Assembly (NCBI GenBank): GCA_028712595.1
Contig: JAQTPS010000003.1
Coordinates: forward strand, 1-52,276
Length of the DNA: 52,276 nt
From: Minisyncoccota bacterium
GTDB taxonomy: Bacteria > Patescibacteriota > Minisyncoccia > Phycocordibacterales > UBA1550
Reading direction: 5' to 3'
Each line of letters starts with the position of its first letter. Position 1 is the first letter of the stretch. The notes under the pieces are model-generated. The model made no database searches and was not told where the DNA came from. It was given only the letters and a program-made list of their open reading frames with translations. This document shows, in pieces, positions 5,735-14,205 of the stretch. The translations under genes and the position numbers were made by a program.

Positions 5735-7270
5735 ATGCAATTTTCAAAAATTTTCTCAGCACAAACTGTCGGTCTCTCTGCGCATATTATTGATGTTGAG
5801 GTGGACCTCTCTCGAGGGCTCCATGCTTTTTCTTTAGTAGGACTGCCAAGCGCATCAGTCGACGAGTCTCGCGATCGCGTAAGCGCCGCAATAAAAAACT
5901 CCGGCTTCACCTCGCCAAAACAAAAAAATCAAAAAATAGTTATCGCGCTTGCACCAGCAGAGCTCAAAAAAGAGGGTTCTCATTATGACCTTGCGATTGC
6001 GCTCGCATATTTGATGGCGTGCGATGAAATTAAATTTGACCCTGCTGGAAAAATTTTTCTCGGGGAACTGTCTCTCGACGGAAAACTGCGTCCAATTCAC
6101 GGAACGCTTCTTCTCGCGCAGGTTGCGCTTAGGGCTGGGTTTAAAGAAATTTTTGTACCAGAAGAAAATGCTCGCGAAGCATCTCTCGTCGCCGGAATTA
6201 CTGTGTATGGCGCGCGAACTCTGACAGAAGTCATTGAGCATCTTCGAAAAGAAAAGCCAATGTCTATGTCTCCTTATGTGCGAGAAAACTCATTAGAAAA
6301 AGGCGAGTCGAAAGAACTGCTCGTTGACCTTTCGCATATCAAAGGACAGGGTTTTGCAAAAAGAGCTCTTGAAATATCTGCTGCAGGCAAACACAATCTA
6401 GCAATGTGGGGACCGCCCGGCACGGGAAAAACAATGCTCGCGCAAGCTTTTTCGCATCTTCTTCCAAAACTTTCCGACGAAGAAATGCTCGAGGTAACCG
6501 GTATTCACTCTGTCGCGGGAACACTCCGCGGAGAAATAATTGTGCATCCACCTCTTCGCGCTCCCCACCACACGGCATCATATCCTTCAGTAATCGGGGG
6601 AGGAGCCACACCAAAGCCGGGCGAAATTACTCTCGCGCACCGCGGAGTGCTTTTTCTCGACGAATTTCCAGAGTTTGACCGACGAGTAATAGAATCCTTG
6701 CGTGAACCGCTTGAAGAAGGGCACATCCGCATTTCCAGAAGCAAAGGCCACGACACTTTCCCGGCTCGATTTATTTTGATTGCCGCAATGAACCCGTGTC
6801 CCTGCGGAAAGTACGGAAGCGAGGAGCGTTGCACTTGTATGCCGGGTACGCTTTCAGGATATCAGCGAAAACTTTCGGGTCCAATCGTTGACCGCATTGA
6901 CCTTTGGGTAAAAGTTTCGAAAATAAGCCACAACAAACTTTCTGATATTAAAAAAGATGAGTCGAGCGAGAATGTTCGCGCACGAATACAATCAGCGCGG
7001 GATTTACAAAAAACACGATTCAAAAACCACCCTAGAAAAATTACAACGAACAACGAAATGCGGGCGGATGATATAGAAAAATATATAATTCTTCCACCAA
7101 AACTTCGCGCACTTTTCAATACTTCGGCAGAAAGACTAAAACTTTCTCCTCGCGCTTACCATAAAGTCCTCAAAGTTGCTCGTACTGTTGCCGACCTTGA
7201 TTCTGCTCCCGATATTCTCGAAAAACATATATTGGAAGCTCTTGCGTATCGCCCGACGGATTTGCGTTAA
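5735..7270 (+). CDS. comM: Mg-chelatase-like AAA+ ATPase, ComM/YifB family
   Basis: Lon-protease-like N-domain, Walker A GPPGTGKTM, Walker B VLFLDEFPEF, and typical family length of 511 aa. Confidence 0.9.
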   Translation: MQFSKIFSAQTVGLSAHIIDVEVDLSRGLHAFSLVGLPSASVDESRDRVSAAIKNSGFTSPKQKNQKIVIALAPAELKKEGSHYDLAIALAYLMACDEIKFDPAGKIFLGELSLDGKLRPIHGTLLLAQVALRAGFKEIFVPEENAREASLVAGITVYGARTLTEVIEHLRKEKPMSMSPYVRENSLEKGESKELLVDLSHIKGQGFAKRALEISAAGKHNLAMWGPPGTGKTMLAQAFSHLLPKLSDEEMLEVTGIHSVAGTLRGEIIVHPPLRAPHHTASYPSVIGGGATPKPGEITLAHRGVLFLDEFPEFDRRVIESLREPLEEGHIRISRSKGHDTFPARFILIAAMNPCPCGKYGSEERCTCMPGTLSGYQRKLSGPIVDRIDLWVKVSKISHNKLSDIKKDESSENVRARIQSARDLQKTRFKNHPRKITTNNEMRADDIEKYIILPPKLRALFNTSAERLKLSPRAYHKVLKVARTVADLDSAPDILEKHILEALAYRPTDLR

Positions 7271-7279
7271 CCAAAACCA

Positions 7280-7323
7280 AAAAAGACCGACCTTAAGAAT
7301 TTAGAAAAGGTCGGTCCTTTTTG
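7280..7323. terminator. Bidirectional intrinsic terminator between convergent genes
   Basis: AAGACCGACC / GGTCGGTCCTT stem flanked by an A-run and a T-run. Confidence 0.7.
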
Positions 7324-7332
7324 GTTTTATTA

Positions 7333-8310
7333 TTAAAATGGATTCTTTGCTCCGTGTATTTCGAAATGCAAGTGTGGACCAGTCGAACGGCCTGTTGAAC
7401 CCTCTGAACCAATCACTTCGCCTTGAGCAACTTGCGAGCCTTCTGTCGCATATACTGTGTTCATATGTCCGTAAAGTGTTTGGGTGCCATTACTGTGGTC
7501 GATGATTACATAATTTCCGTAACCTCCGTTCCATCCATAACGAGCCACCACTACAGTACCGGATGCCGAGGCGTAAATACTACTACCTTTTGACGCAGCA
7601 AGGTCTATGCCGTTGTTTGCATGAATACCTTGTGTTTTCCTTCCGTTGGGAAGAGGATTGATATAAAAACCATCATACAAAGGATAATTTGCGATTATTC
7701 GCGCGCGGGATGTTGTTAATCCAGTAGTCGTGGTGGTTCCCGTGGTTGTTGTAGTTTCAACACCATCAGGAATGAGAATAACATCTCCGACAGAGAGAAT
7801 ACTTCCAGACGTAAGGTCGTTAAAGGAAAGGATTTCTGCTACATCTCCTTTGTATTTCTTGGCGATACTTTGAATAGTTTCTCCCTTTTTCACTGTATGT
7901 TGAACACCGCTCATAGGGAGGATGACGAGTGACTGGCCTACCTTAAGTGTAGCTTTTGGGTTAAGGTCGTTCGCCCAAACTATTGTATTGACGCTGACGT
8001 CATACATTTTGGCAATCTGTGGGAGCGTGTTGCCCGGTTTTACCACATACAAACTCACAATGCCTTGGTGCTTTTTGGATGCTAAATCAGCAACCCCCGC
8101 GATATCAGGGCTGACAGCGCTGTCGTCAACTATATTAATATCACCGCCCCCAGTTGCTGGGTCAGCGGTGTAAGAAGGGCCAACCTCCATAAGTGAAATA
8201 GTCTGAGAAGAACGTGTTTCCTTTGGTTCAACTCCTTTGGCCTCTGCTGGAGTGTTGAATAGATAAGAAAGGATGCTGGCTTGCGCCATAAGGGGGAAAA
8301 AGGCCCCCAT
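7333..8310 (-). CDS. LysM-repeat / M23-family peptidoglycan endopeptidase
   Basis: Two LysM-like repeats (YVVKPGNTLPQIAKMYDVSVNTIVWANDL and HTVKKGETIQSIAKKYKGDVAEILSFNDL). M23 motifs GIDLAA and GPHLHFEIH. The start is uncertain; see findings. Confidence 0.85.
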   Translation of the reverse strand: MGAFFPLMAQASILSYLFNTPAEAKGVEPKETRSSQTISLMEVGPSYTADPATGGGDINIVDDSAVSPDIAGVADLASKKHQGIVSLYVVKPGNTLPQIAKMYDVSVNTIVWANDLNPKATLKVGQSLVILPMSGVQHTVKKGETIQSIAKKYKGDVAEILSFNDLTSGSILSVGDVILIPDGVETTTTTGTTTTTGLTTSRARIIANYPLYDGFYINPLPNGRKTQGIHANNGIDLAASKGSSIYASASGTVVVARYGWNGGYGNYVIIDHSNGTQTLYGHMNTVYATEGSQVAQGEVIGSEGSTGRSTGPHLHFEIHGAKNPF

Positions 8311-8594
8311 ACTTGAAAAAACCCAGACAAACCCGATGGTTCCGAGTCTTGCAAAATATGAGTATTTCGCCCACGGGGAAAAGGAGTTTCTTCCGTTGGG
8401 GTCCTTGAATTGAGTAGAAATAAGCCTAAATTTAATGGGTTTTTTGTCGGTCGTACGGTCAGGACGGTAAAAAAGGGTTATCTTTTGGGTAAATCATTGG
8501 TTTACCCTCTGGATCTAAAAATGGTAGCACATTAGGGGGTAGGTTCCAAGGGTCGGGGAAGATACCTGTGGATAACTAAAAGGGGTCAAAATCC

Positions 8595-8622
8595 TTGACT
8601 TTTTAGATTACTGTGATACAAT
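8595..8622 (+). promoter_or_regulatory. Sigma70-type promoter, TTGACT-16-TACAAT (TG-extended)
   Basis: TTGACT 8595-8600 and TGATACAAT 8614-8622. A perfect DnaA-box 9-mer (TGTGGATAA, 8567-8575) lies just upstream. Confidence 0.6.
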
Positions 8623-8706
8623 GCCACTTAGATAAACGACTTACTTGCGGTTCCTTGTCAGAGTATCTTCAATAGAAATTCTTCTACTTCTTTTCTCCCA
8701 TTCAAC

Positions 8707-9459
8707 ATGCGTACCCTCGCATTTTTCTGTCCATCATCGGCTAAAACTCATAGAAAGTTTTGGAAATGGGTTGTGTTCACTTTAGCAGTACTAGTTGGAG
8801 TTTTCTCGTTGGTAGGATGTAGCAATACATCATCGCCGACAGCGGAACTCGTTGAACCGGCACAAGCCCAAAACCAAAAAGAAGTTACAGCCCCTGCGCC
8901 CAATGGTAGCCCAGCACAACAGCAGACAGTAAAGGCCGGTTTGGCCAATACACTAAAAGCTGAGCCAATCCTACCAGGTACAAATATTCCTCCACAAAGA
9001 GCAGACGTCTTGGAGGCAACAAAGGTAAAAGCTGTTTCGGTTAATGCGCCCAGGGTCAGCCCTATTGTGCCCCCCGAAGACGTCGGTCTTCCAGTCCAAA
9101 TACACCCAGTCGGCCTTCCAGAACTTTTGCCACAATACGGTGCTAAGCCAAACTTTAGGGTCATCCATACGAGCAATCGAAATGAGCTGGAGCGTAGTAA
9201 TAGTACTTCTCCAAAAGACACCGTAGAGTTATTTGGTTACAACTTCGGAGAAGATACAGTCGTTGTTCTTATTGACGTCCGGACGTCGGGGGTGACGACA
9301 ATAATTCCAGATAAATACACCAGCACCGCCCTTCGTTTTATCGTTCCTCTTGGTGTCTGTTTTAATGAACGCCTTTGTCAAAAATCTATCTTTGTACGAC
9401 AGGGGGATTCAAAAAAACATTCTACCAACGGGGCACTAATGGGTTTCTGGAATGATTAA
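8707..9459 (+). CDS. Putative lipoprotein (250 aa) with an Ig/IPT-like C-terminal region
   Basis: Signal peptide ending in the lipobox-like LVGC. A pyrimidine box (TCTTTTCTCCCATTCAAC) precedes the ATG. Confidence 0.75.
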   Translation: MRTLAFFCPSSAKTHRKFWKWVVFTLAVLVGVFSLVGCSNTSSPTAELVEPAQAQNQKEVTAPAPNGSPAQQQTVKAGLANTLKAEPILPGTNIPPQRADVLEATKVKAVSVNAPRVSPIVPPEDVGLPVQIHPVGLPELLPQYGAKPNFRVIHTSNRNELERSNSTSPKDTVELFGYNFGEDTVVVLIDVRTSGVTTIIPDKYTSTALRFIVPLGVCFNERLCQKSIFVRQGDSKKHSTNGALMGFWND

Positions 9460-9476
9460 GAATTTCACCAACTTTA

Positions 9477-9505
9477 AGGGCCGCCCACGTGGACGGCCTT
9501 TTTCT
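9477..9505 (+). terminator. Intrinsic terminator
   Basis: GGCCG / CGGCC stem followed by TTTTTC. Confidence 0.55.
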
Positions 9506-9558
9506 TTTGTCAAAAAAACGTTCATAAAGTTTCTGTAGATGATATAATGTTGGAAAGT

Positions 9559-10863
9559 ATGAACGAGCTCACGTCGACAGAAAAAGAAGTTCTCAAAACT
9601 TCTCCCGAAATTTCTACGGGAGAGTCAAAAGAACCACGTGGAGGACGGGGGAGCAAGGGAGATCCTGCTTCGATACGAGAATCTCTGCAGGAGGCGACAA
9701 AAACCGAAGAAACCCCAGAGATGAGCCTCGAGAAAGCAGAGCAAGAAAAAGAAACTCTACTTAGGGAACTTGCGCGTCTTCGAGTGCGTGAAGCGAAATA
9801 CGACCAAGAAAGATTGCCAACAGAAGAAATCCTAAAAAGTGTTCGTGAAGTTCAAAAAAAACTTTTTCAAATCAATCGTCGGTTGCCGAATGTTGACCCG
9901 CTGGCAGATCAAAAGCGCGTTAGACAAATGATGGAAACGATTGCGCCAGCACCAACACCACAAACTCCAGCCCCAGTTCCAATCGAAACACCGCCAGAAA
10001 ATGTTGCTCCGAGAGCACCAGTGGCGGAAGAAGTGATAGTTCCGGCGGAGACGCCCAGAGTAGAAATGGCTTTGCCAGAAACACCAATTCCAGAAGAGAT
10101 TCCGGTAGTTGTGACCGATATCCAAGAACCTATTAAAGAAGAAGTATCAAAAACTGTGACTGGGGAGGCGCAAGCACCAGTTGCCGCCGAAGAAGTTGCG
10201 CCAGTTGTGCCCGAGACACAAGAAACAACCAAAGAAGAACCGGCGCCTGAAATACCTGCTACTCCAGAAACCGCGCCCAAAGAAGTTCCCCCAGCCGAAC
10301 CTCCTGCCACAGAACCTGAAGTTTTGAGGGGCGCATACGAAAAAGCTATGAGGCGTCTTCAAAAAAACAAAGAACAAGAAAATTCTGCGCAAAAAACATC
10401 CGAAGAACCTGTTGCAAAAAGGGAGGGGGCGCCCACACCTTCGCGAGTCCCTGGGTTGATGCAAGCTCCGACAATGATGCCCCAAGAAATTGTTCCCGTT
10501 GATCCACAAATACTTGCTGTAGCTGTCCAAACCTTGAACGGAGATATGGATACTCTGTTTACTACTCCGGGGTTTCTTGGTTTAGGCTCAAAAAAAGGTT
10601 CCGAATCAGCTCATTGGAAAGACCATCGGGTGGGATTTGCAAGACAAAGCGTTGAGGGTGTGTTAAATATGGGACGAGATTCTTTTCCGTCGGACAATGG
10701 TCGGCATTTTGGAATTGAAGACCCGGTTGCAACAAGAAAAATGAAAAATTATTTGATGCAGGTTTCTCAACAAGCTGGAATGATTGCAGACCCCGGAGAA
10801 AAGATAGCCGATTATATAAAACGAGCTGTTATGTCACTTGTCATTAGATCGCTTAATAAATAA
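9559..10863 (+). CDS. Glu/Pro-rich protein (434 aa), function unknown
   Basis: The ORF-track ATG 9547 overlaps the TATAAT -10 (9543-9548). The next in-frame ATG, 9559, fits a near-leaderless mRNA. Confidence 0.75.
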   Translation: MNELTSTEKEVLKTSPEISTGESKEPRGGRGSKGDPASIRESLQEATKTEETPEMSLEKAEQEKETLLRELARLRVREAKYDQERLPTEEILKSVREVQKKLFQINRRLPNVDPLADQKRVRQMMETIAPAPTPQTPAPVPIETPPENVAPRAPVAEEVIVPAETPRVEMALPETPIPEEIPVVVTDIQEPIKEEVSKTVTGEAQAPVAAEEVAPVVPETQETTKEEPAPEIPATPETAPKEVPPAEPPATEPEVLRGAYEKAMRRLQKNKEQENSAQKTSEEPVAKREGAPTPSRVPGLMQAPTMMPQEIVPVDPQILAVAVQTLNGDMDTLFTTPGFLGLGSKKGSESAHWKDHRVGFARQSVEGVLNMGRDSFPSDNGRHFGIEDPVATRKMKNYLMQVSQQAGMIADPGEKIADYIKRAVMSLVIRSLNK

Positions 10864-10876
10864 TTAATACAAAAAC

Positions 10877-11191
10877 ATGAAAAATGAGGTTCTTCGCACA
10901 ACTTTAATAAAAGAATTGGGAATAACAGAGCTTCCAAAAAATGTGCAGGACGAAATTATAGTAAGGCTCGGAGAAATAGTTTTAAAATCCGCCACACTTA
11001 CAATTTTCGACAAACTTTCTCCTGCCGATCGTGAAGAATTTGAAAAAATCAGCAAGGCGGGGAATCACAAACACGTTCAAGAATTTTTGGAGCACACGGT
11101 TCCTGACATTTCAACCATTATGGAAGAAGAACTGAAAAAGACAATAGAATCTTTCAAAAAAGGGGAACGGTTGCTCGAGAATTCTAAATAA
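10877..11191 (+). CDS. Small helical protein (104 aa), function unknown
   Basis: Clean ORF followed by the terminator at 11206-11236. Confidence 0.65.
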   Translation: MKNEVLRTTLIKELGITELPKNVQDEIIVRLGEIVLKSATLTIFDKLSPADREEFEKISKAGNHKHVQEFLEHTVPDISTIMEEELKKTIESFKKGERLLENSK

Positions 11192-11205
11192 ATTTGTTTT
11201 ATAAA

Positions 11206-11236
11206 AATGACGTAGAAATTTTTCTACGTCATTTTG
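11206..11236 (+). terminator. Intrinsic terminator
   Basis: ATGACGTAGAAA / TTTCTACGTCAT stem followed by TTTGTGTTTT. Confidence 0.65.
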
Positions 11237-11261
11237 TGTTTTATGCTAAACTACGACCTAC

Positions 11262-13208
11262 ATGGAGCATCTAAAAAACCTAAACGAAATGCAAAAGAAG
11301 GCCGCAACCCACAAAGAAGGGCCTCTTCTCATTATTGCCGGAGCAGGAACAGGAAAAACTAGCACCCTCACGCACCGCATTCTCCACCTCATAAAAGAAG
11401 GGGTCGCTCCGTCTGAAATTCTTGCCATAACATTCACAAACAAAGCCGCAAAAGAAATGGAGGAACGAGTTGGTACGCTTTTGCAAAAACACGGCTTTGA
11501 TGCCGGGCTTCGTTACGGAGATCCGCGTCCTTTCATCGGTACTTTTCATTCTCTCGGCGTTCATATTCTTCGCGAACATCCGGAAATTTTTGGCCTTACA
11601 AAACATTTTAGTATCGTGGACAAAAATGGAGCAAACACGCTGATGAAAGAAGCCGTTAGGGAAGCTGGTCTTGATTCTAAACAGTTTTCTCCTGAACGAA
11701 TTGCAAATGTTATTTCGCGACAAAAAGGGAATCTCGTTACCGTAGAGGAATATCGCAAAGAAGCTGGCAATTCTTATTTTCCAAAAATTGTTGCGGATGT
11801 GTGGGGAAGATACGAGAACCTTCTCAAACGTGAAAGCGCGCTCGATTTTGATGACCTTATTTTAAAAACAGTGATTCTTCTTCGCAATCATCCAGAAATT
11901 CTCAAAAAATATCAAAAAAAATGGAAGTATATTCACATTGACGAGTATCAAGACACAAACGGAGTGCAATACGAACTCGCGCGACTGCTTGCTGGAGAAA
12001 ATAAAAATATTTGCGCTGTCGGAGACGGCGACCAAAATATTTACAGCTGGCGCGGAGCTAATATTCAAAATATTTTGAACTTCGAAGAGGACTTCGTGGG
12101 CGCGCAAACGATACTTCTCGAAGAAAATTATCGTTCGACAAAAATAATTCTCGAAGCCGCAAATGGAATCATAAAAAAGAACAAGATTCGTAAAGAAAAA
12201 AATCTTTTCACAGAAAATAAACAGGGAGAAAAAATCGGACTCATAGAAAGCTATGACGAGGGAGGGGAAGCGCGTGCGCTGGGAGAAAAAGCCAAAAACC
12301 TCATTAAAAACGGGGTGAAACCAGAGCATATCGCAATACTTTATCGCGCAAATTTCCAATCTCGCGCTCTTGAAGAAGCGTTTCTTTTGATGGAAATTCC
12401 ATATCAAGTTCTCGGTGTGAGATTTTTTGAACGCAAGGAAATCAAAGACGTTCTTTCGTACATCAGGGCTGGACTAAATCCGGAAAGCTTTTCGGACATA
12501 AAGAGAATTATTGACTGCCCTCCTCGTGGAATTGGGAAAACAACTCTTCTCAAAATGTTTGCAAAGGATGAGCCCAGTTTGCCCCCTGCGCAGCAAAAGC
12601 GCGTGGCGGATTTTTGGAAATTGTTGGGAGATATAAAAAAATATGCATTGACTGAAAAAACTTCCAAGCTTATTAAATTTGTTTCTGAAAAAACAGGAAT
12701 AGAAAATTCGCTCCGGTCTGGAATAGAAGAAGACAACGAGCGACTTGAGAACATTCACGAACTTGTTACACTCGCGACCAAGTACGATATTCTTCCGCCG
12801 GAGGAAGCCGTTGAAAAACTTCTCGGTGACGCAGCACTCGCGACCGACCAAGATTCTTTGATCAAAAATGAGCATGCCGTAAAAATGATGACGGTGCACG
12901 CCGCAAAAGGGCTTGAGTTTCCTTATGTTTTTGTGGCAGGGCTCGAACAAGATTTATTTCCACATCGACGAATGAGCGCAGAAAATGTTTCAAAAGAAGA
13001 CGAGGAAGAGGAGCGACGACTCTTTTATGTTGCGGTGACGCGAGCAAAGAAAAAACTTTTCTTGTCGTATGCATCTGTTCGCACAATTTTTGGCCAACGA
13101 CAAGTAAATGTTCCCTCGGAGTTTCTTTCTGACATAGACGACTCACTCACCGAACAAGAAGAAAGCGCTGATAGTGATGAGGAGCCAGTAATTCGTCTTG
13201 ATTGGTAG
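11262..13208 (+). CDS. pcrA: UvrD/PcrA-family ATP-dependent DNA helicase
   Basis: Walker A AGAGTGKT, DEYQDT (motif II), ENYRS, and TVHAAKGLEFPYVFV plus RRLFYVAVTRAK (motifs V/VI). Confidence 0.92.
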   Translation: MEHLKNLNEMQKKAATHKEGPLLIIAGAGTGKTSTLTHRILHLIKEGVAPSEILAITFTNKAAKEMEERVGTLLQKHGFDAGLRYGDPRPFIGTFHSLGVHILREHPEIFGLTKHFSIVDKNGANTLMKEAVREAGLDSKQFSPERIANVISRQKGNLVTVEEYRKEAGNSYFPKIVADVWGRYENLLKRESALDFDDLILKTVILLRNHPEILKKYQKKWKYIHIDEYQDTNGVQYELARLLAGENKNICAVGDGDQNIYSWRGANIQNILNFEEDFVGAQTILLEENYRSTKIILEAANGIIKKNKIRKEKNLFTENKQGEKIGLIESYDEGGEARALGEKAKNLIKNGVKPEHIAILYRANFQSRALEEAFLLMEIPYQVLGVRFFERKEIKDVLSYIRAGLNPESFSDIKRIIDCPPRGIGKTTLLKMFAKDEPSLPPAQQKRVADFWKLLGDIKKYALTEKTSKLIKFVSEKTGIENSLRSGIEEDNERLENIHELVTLATKYDILPPEEAVEKLLGDAALATDQDSLIKNEHAVKMMTVHAAKGLEFPYVFVAGLEQDLFPHRRMSAENVSKEDEEEERRLFYVAVTRAKKKLFLSYASVRTIFGQRQVNVPSEFLSDIDDSLTEQEESADSDEEPVIRLDW

Positions 13209-13251
13209 TTCCATCGTCTCGGCCGATGTAGTGGTATACTTTGAATAAAAT

Positions 13252-14031
13252 ATGTACGCGAAAAAATCACTGGGGCAAAATTTTTTAAATTCAAAAACAG
13301 TTGCAAGCGAGATTGTTCGCGCTGGGGAACTTTCGCCTACCGATACCGTTCTCGAAATCGGGCCGGGGAGGGGATTTTTGACCGAAGAACTTTTGGGAAC
13401 CGGCGCGCATGTGGTTGCCATCGAAAAAGATGACCAATTAATTCCGTTTCTTTCCGAAAAATTTGCCGATGCAATCACAAAAAAGCAATTTACTTTGGTT
13501 CACGGCGATATTGTAGAACTTCTTGAAACAAAAAAACTTGTAGTGCCTAGTCCTTACAAAGTTATCGCTAACATTCCGTACTACATCACCGGATTTATTC
13601 TTCGCGCATTTCTTGAAGCCGAAAAGAAACCAGAGCGAATGGTTTTGATGTTGCAAAAAGAAGTTGCTGACCGCATTGTCGCACGCGATAAAAAAGAAAG
13701 TATTCTCTCTATCGCAGTAAAAGCATATGCAACACCACGCATGGTGAAAAAAGTACCAGCTAGGTATTTTACTCCGGAGCCAAAAGTTGATTCCGCCGTG
13801 CTTTCCCTTGAAAATATCTCTAGCAAAAACTTCTTAAATCCGTCCGCTGAAGCAGTTTTTTTCGACATTCTTAAAAAAGGCTTTGCCCATAAGCGTAAAA
13901 AACTCGCCGGAAATCTAAAAGAACTCTTTGGCGACAAGACGGTTCCGCTACTCAAGCAAGCGGGGATTGACCAAAACGCTCGCGCCGAGGATGTTTCTCT
14001 CGACCAGTGGCTTCTCCTCGCTCGCCCATAA
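13252..14031 (+). CDS. rsmA: 16S rRNA (adenine1518/1519-N6)-dimethyltransferase RsmA/KsgA
   Basis: LGQNFL N-terminal motif, SAM-binding VLEIGPGRGFLT and NIPYYIT. Confidence 0.92.
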   Translation: MYAKKSLGQNFLNSKTVASEIVRAGELSPTDTVLEIGPGRGFLTEELLGTGAHVVAIEKDDQLIPFLSEKFADAITKKQFTLVHGDIVELLETKKLVVPSPYKVIANIPYYITGFILRAFLEAEKKPERMVLMLQKEVADRIVARDKKESILSIAVKAYATPRMVKKVPARYFTPEPKVDSAVLSLENISSKNFLNPSAEAVFFDILKKGFAHKRKKLAGNLKELFGDKTVPLLKQAGIDQNARAEDVSLDQWLLLARP

Positions 14032-14205
14032 AAACGTTTGTTTTGACAGGGAGCCCATATCCACAGAAAGTCCATAATTTCTATACCCCTTGCGCTTTTT
14101 ATTTGCTATACTATAAAAGACAATCAGGTTTTGTTTTGAGTTTTAAGAAAACTTTTTTCTATCGCGTTTACATTCTAAATTTCCACCCCTCAAATAACTT
14201 CTAAT

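Noticed and set aside
11862-12407. Long antisense ORFs in the track inside well-supported genes. Examples: 11862-12407(-) and 12474-12950(-) in pcrA, 15006-15521(-) and 15867-16340(-) in the VirB6-like gene, 35165-35782(-) in the Gly-rich gene, and 48058-48561(-) and 49082-49594(-) in polA.
   Set aside because: They fully overlap CDSs that have clear catalytic motifs or coherent topology. Their translations are low-complexity or stop-poor shadows of the sense frame, with no promoter, terminator or start context.
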